Assembly: GCA_963727805.1 (NCBI GenBank)
Contig: CAVSHF010000003.1
Coordinates: 1-64,000 of the forward strand
Source of the DNA: an uncultured Nitrospiraceae bacterium
Lineage (GTDB): Bacteria > Nitrospirota > Thermodesulfovibrionia > Thermodesulfovibrionales > Dissulfurispiraceae
DNA: 64,000 nucleotides
Direction: 5' to 3'
Below are positions 61,369 to 64,000 of this stretch, piece by piece (positions within the stretch are counted from its first letter, which is position 1; the number at the start of each line of letters is the position of its first letter). The position numbers were made by a program, and so were the translations under genes. Under the pieces are notes generated by a model, which made no database searches, was not told the DNA's origin, and was given only the letters and a program-made list of their open reading frames with translations.

Positions 61369-62037
61369 TCACCGACTTCTGGAGTTCTTCAAGTTATATG
61401 TGCTAAGAAGAGCCTTTGAGACTCTCGAATCACCAACGAATGCTCGAACCATATCCAATAAAGCTCCATTGACTGAATTTATTATTGCATCCTTGAATTT
61501 GTATTGAGAAATTTCGAAGGCATCACTGATGCTAGTCCGTCCGACATAAATAGTCAGAGGAACGTCTGAAAGTTCAGGATGACTCGTAACTGCTATCTTC
61601 GCTTCCACGGTTCCTGTGTCTGTAAAATAATTCATAGACCGATTAGTAATTTCAAAGTTAATCCAGTATGCGGTCACTGCGCCTTCAATAACTATATCAG
61701 GCCTACCAATATCGGTTCTTATGACCTCATAACCGTCTTCTTCTAGTTGATCAACGATGGCCTGCTCTACTAATTCCGTCACTTCTCTGTCTGTTTTAAT
61801 AATCAGTCCACTTCCTGATCCAATAATATTCTTATTCTCTCTCTCATCCTGAAACTGCTTGATTAGAACTGTCATTTTGCTGAATGCGCGTAATGGACTG
61901 TCCTTTGACGGCGCAGGCAGAGGGACCGGATCCACCTTTATGGTCTGGGTACATCCATTAACCATAAATATGGAGCAAAGCAGTATTAAGATCGTAACCC
62001 TTTGGAACATCATCATTGTTAACACCATCCTTCGCAC
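61369..62037 (-). CDS. YajG-like lipoprotein
   Basis: Lipobox VNGC, FQDERE..IIG, I...L...GY, IEGAV..YW; the true start is probably one of the downstream ATGs. Confidence 0.65.
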   Translation of the reverse strand: MRRMVLTMMMFQRVTILILLCSIFMVNGCTQTIKVDPVPLPAPSKDSPLRAFSKMTVLIKQFQDERENKNIIGSGSGLIIKTDREVTELVEQAIVDQLEEDGYEVIRTDIGRPDIVIEGAVTAYWINFEITNRSMNYFTDTGTVEAKIAVTSHPELSDVPLTIYVGRTSISDAFEISQYKFKDAIINSVNGALLDMVRAFVGDSRVSKALLSTYNLKNSRSR

Positions 62038-62517
62038 CCGAGATACACATGCCGCCCTGCGTCAGAAAAACAAAAGCGGAATGACTCGCCGGACGTTTGC
62101 CAACCTCGAGGCTGTCTACTCTATTGATACCAACATACCATGTAAAATGGCCAATTTCAATAACGCATAATTATTCTAGTGAAATCTTAATCAGCACATG
62201 ACCCGCCGAAAAGCAGGGGCATGGGACATCGGATATCTCAAGTGCTATTTCCTTTTTACAGCATTACATATCCTCTGTCAAGACTAAGCCAATATTAGAG
62301 AAAAACTGACCAGAATCTTTGAAACATTCTTTCCGAACTCCACAGTCAATCCATTTTGCAACTATTGTTGACTTCTTGGTGCTATCTAGAAAAGAAGCAT
62401 GAGTATTTCCGCTTAAAAACAAGCGTAACTGATGTCGAAGTTCACATAGCAACTCCTCAGCGAGTACCTGACTCGAATTGAATTTTATGGGTATTTCGGG
62501 GCATTGTGGACAGTGTG

Positions 62518-64000
62518 TGCGAATTTCGGACCATGCCGAACACTCATTTCGGAGCAAAGCGAACACCTGTTTCGGTCTGAACGCGAACACTGATATCGGA
62601 GTCATGGCGAACACTTTTGGGTAATCCCGATATAGGTGTTCGCCATGAGACCGAAATAGAAGTGTTCAGACTACCTGACGAAATAAACATAGCCGAAGCT
62701 GGATAAATTCCACACAAATACGCCATTGTCCTTCTTCTACGAACTTTGACGAAGGAGAAGCGATGGCTAATAGGGGTATATCCATGCGGATGGTTAGAGA
62801 AATCTTAAGACTGTATTATGGGCTGCATCTTGGCAAACGACAAATAAGCCGGTCCTGCAAAGTGTCGCCGAGCACAGTAGTAGATTATGTCCAGAAGGCC
62901 CAGGATAAGGGCATTTCATGGCCACTTCCTGAGGACCTTGATGACGCAAAGCTTGAAGCTATGCTCAGTGAACGCAGTAGTCGGAAGACAGCCCTTCGTC
63001 CGCTGCCCCCAATGGAGGAGATTCATCGCGAGCTTCGCAAAAAGGGCGTCACCCTTCAACTGTTGTGGCTCGAATATAAAGAACGGCATCCTGAGGGGTA
63101 TCAGTTTACGCAGTTCTGCGAGCATTATCACCGCTGGGAGAAAAACCTTGAGATAAGTTTACGGCAGGAGCATCGCGCCGGCGAGAAGATGTTCATCGAC
63201 TTTGCCGGCAAAGGGATACCCATCGTCGACTCTTTCACAGGCGAGAGCACCGAAGCTCAGATCTTTGTGGCAGTCCTTGGAGCAAGCAACTATACCTATG
63301 TCGAAGCGCTCCCATCGCAGAGTCTCCCCTTCTGGATCAAGGCTCACATCAATGCTTTTGAATACTTTCACGGTGTGAGCCAAATCCTTGTCCCGGACAA
63401 TATCCGAGCAGCCGTATCGAAGTCCTGCCGATACGAACCCGACCTCAACCCCGTATATCTGAGTCTGGCGCAGCACTACGGTACCGCCATTATCCCTGCA
63501 CGTCCGTATAAACCAAAAGATAAGGCAAAGGTGGAAGCCGGAGTATTGCTGGTCACCCGATGGATCATTGCGGCATTGAGGAATCACACATTCTTCAGTA
63601 TCGAGGAGCTTAATGCCAGCATCAGGGAACTTCTGGAACGCTTGAATACCCGGAAGTTCAGGAAACTAAACAGTACCCGCAGAGAACTCTTTGAGACCCT
63701 TGAGAGGCCGTATCTTAAGCCTTTGCCCGTTGAGCGGTATCGATACATCGACTTCAAGCGGCCAACGGTTAACATCGATTACCACGTCGACGTAGCGGAT
63801 CATTACTACAGCGTTCCTTACCAGCTTCGTGGCAAAAAGTTAGAAGCCTTCCTCACTGTCGATACGGTGGAGATCTTCCACAATAACAATCGCATTGTGA
63901 CTCATCAACGCAGCTTCAAAGCAAGAGGATATACGACCATTGCTGAGCACATGCCGAAAGCGCATCAGAAGCATCTTGAGTGGACTCCATCGAGGATCAT
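62518..64000 (+). mobile_element. IS21-family insertion sequence (partial, runs off the window)
   Basis: TGCGAATTTCGG left end followed by four roughly 23-bp TCGG.......CGAACAC units, then istA. Confidence 0.92.
62763..64000 (+). CDS. istA: IS21 transposase IstA (3' truncated by the window; absent from the ORF track)
   Basis: AAGGAG RBS; MANRGISMRMVREILRL...GVTLQLLW.EY...RQEHRAGEKMFIDFAG...LVPDN...PKDKAKVE...YYSVPY. Confidence 0.95.
   Translation, partial: MANRGISMRMVREILRLYYGLHLGKRQISRSCKVSPSTVVDYVQKAQDKGISWPLPEDLDDAKLEAMLSERSSRKTALRPLPPMEEIHRELRKKGVTLQLLWLEYKERHPEGYQFTQFCEHYHRWEKNLEISLRQEHRAGEKMFIDFAGKGIPIVDSFTGESTEAQIFVAVLGASNYTYVEALPSQSLPFWIKAHINAFEYFHGVSQILVPDNIRAAVSKSCRYEPDLNPVYLSLAQHYGTAIIPARPYKPKDKAKVEAGVLLVTRWIIAALRNHTFFSIEELNASIRELLERLNTRKFRKLNSTRRELFETLERPYLKPLPVERYRYIDFKRPTVNIDYHVDVADHYYSVPYQLRGKKLEAFLTVDTVEIFHNNNRIVTHQRSFKARGYTTIAEHMPKAHQKHLEWTPSRI

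Noticed and set aside
62264..62614. 116-aa minus-strand ORF
   Set aside because: It starts inside IS21 terminal repeats, so it is chimeric with an unidentifiable remnant.
62523..62615. Roughly 23-bp periodic repeats as a CRISPR array
   Set aside because: There are no unique spacers. They are IS21 terminal transposase-binding repeats before istA.

Overview
Accessory, heavily remodelled 64-kb region of an anaerobic Gram-negative bacterium. A c7-type cytochrome, a GSU3473-like protein, multi-PAS hybrid kinases and sigma54 promoters suggest Nitrospirota or Desulfobacterota, but this is inference. Intact content: two hybrid histidine kinases, a PAS-PAS-GGDEF protein, an MSHA/type IV pilus-like operon (14270-25387), an RHH/PIN toxin-antitoxin pair, a YceI / Tat-exported FMN alpha-hydroxy-acid dehydrogenase / triheme cytochrome / binding-protein operon, hydrolases (phosphoesterase, S53 peptidase, MBL fold, isochorismatase family), a stand-alone LigD 3'-phosphoesterase and two large repeat-rich surface proteins. 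Mobile DNA: a complete group II intron (6831-9074, minus strand), two near-identical IS3-family copies that each split a gene, an IS21 element running off the right edge, orphan IS21 ends and decayed integron-cassette signatures. Many pseudogene fragments are present. The most notable signal is a dispersed, degenerate, hairpin-forming intergenic repeat of at least about 130 bp, with about 10 full or partial copies. The group II intron sits inside one copy, and its predicted EBS1/EBS2 match conserved positions of the repeat, including an unoccupied perfect site at 37773-37790. The intron also appears to have lost its HNH endonuclease by deletion. All calls were made by eye; no searches were run.
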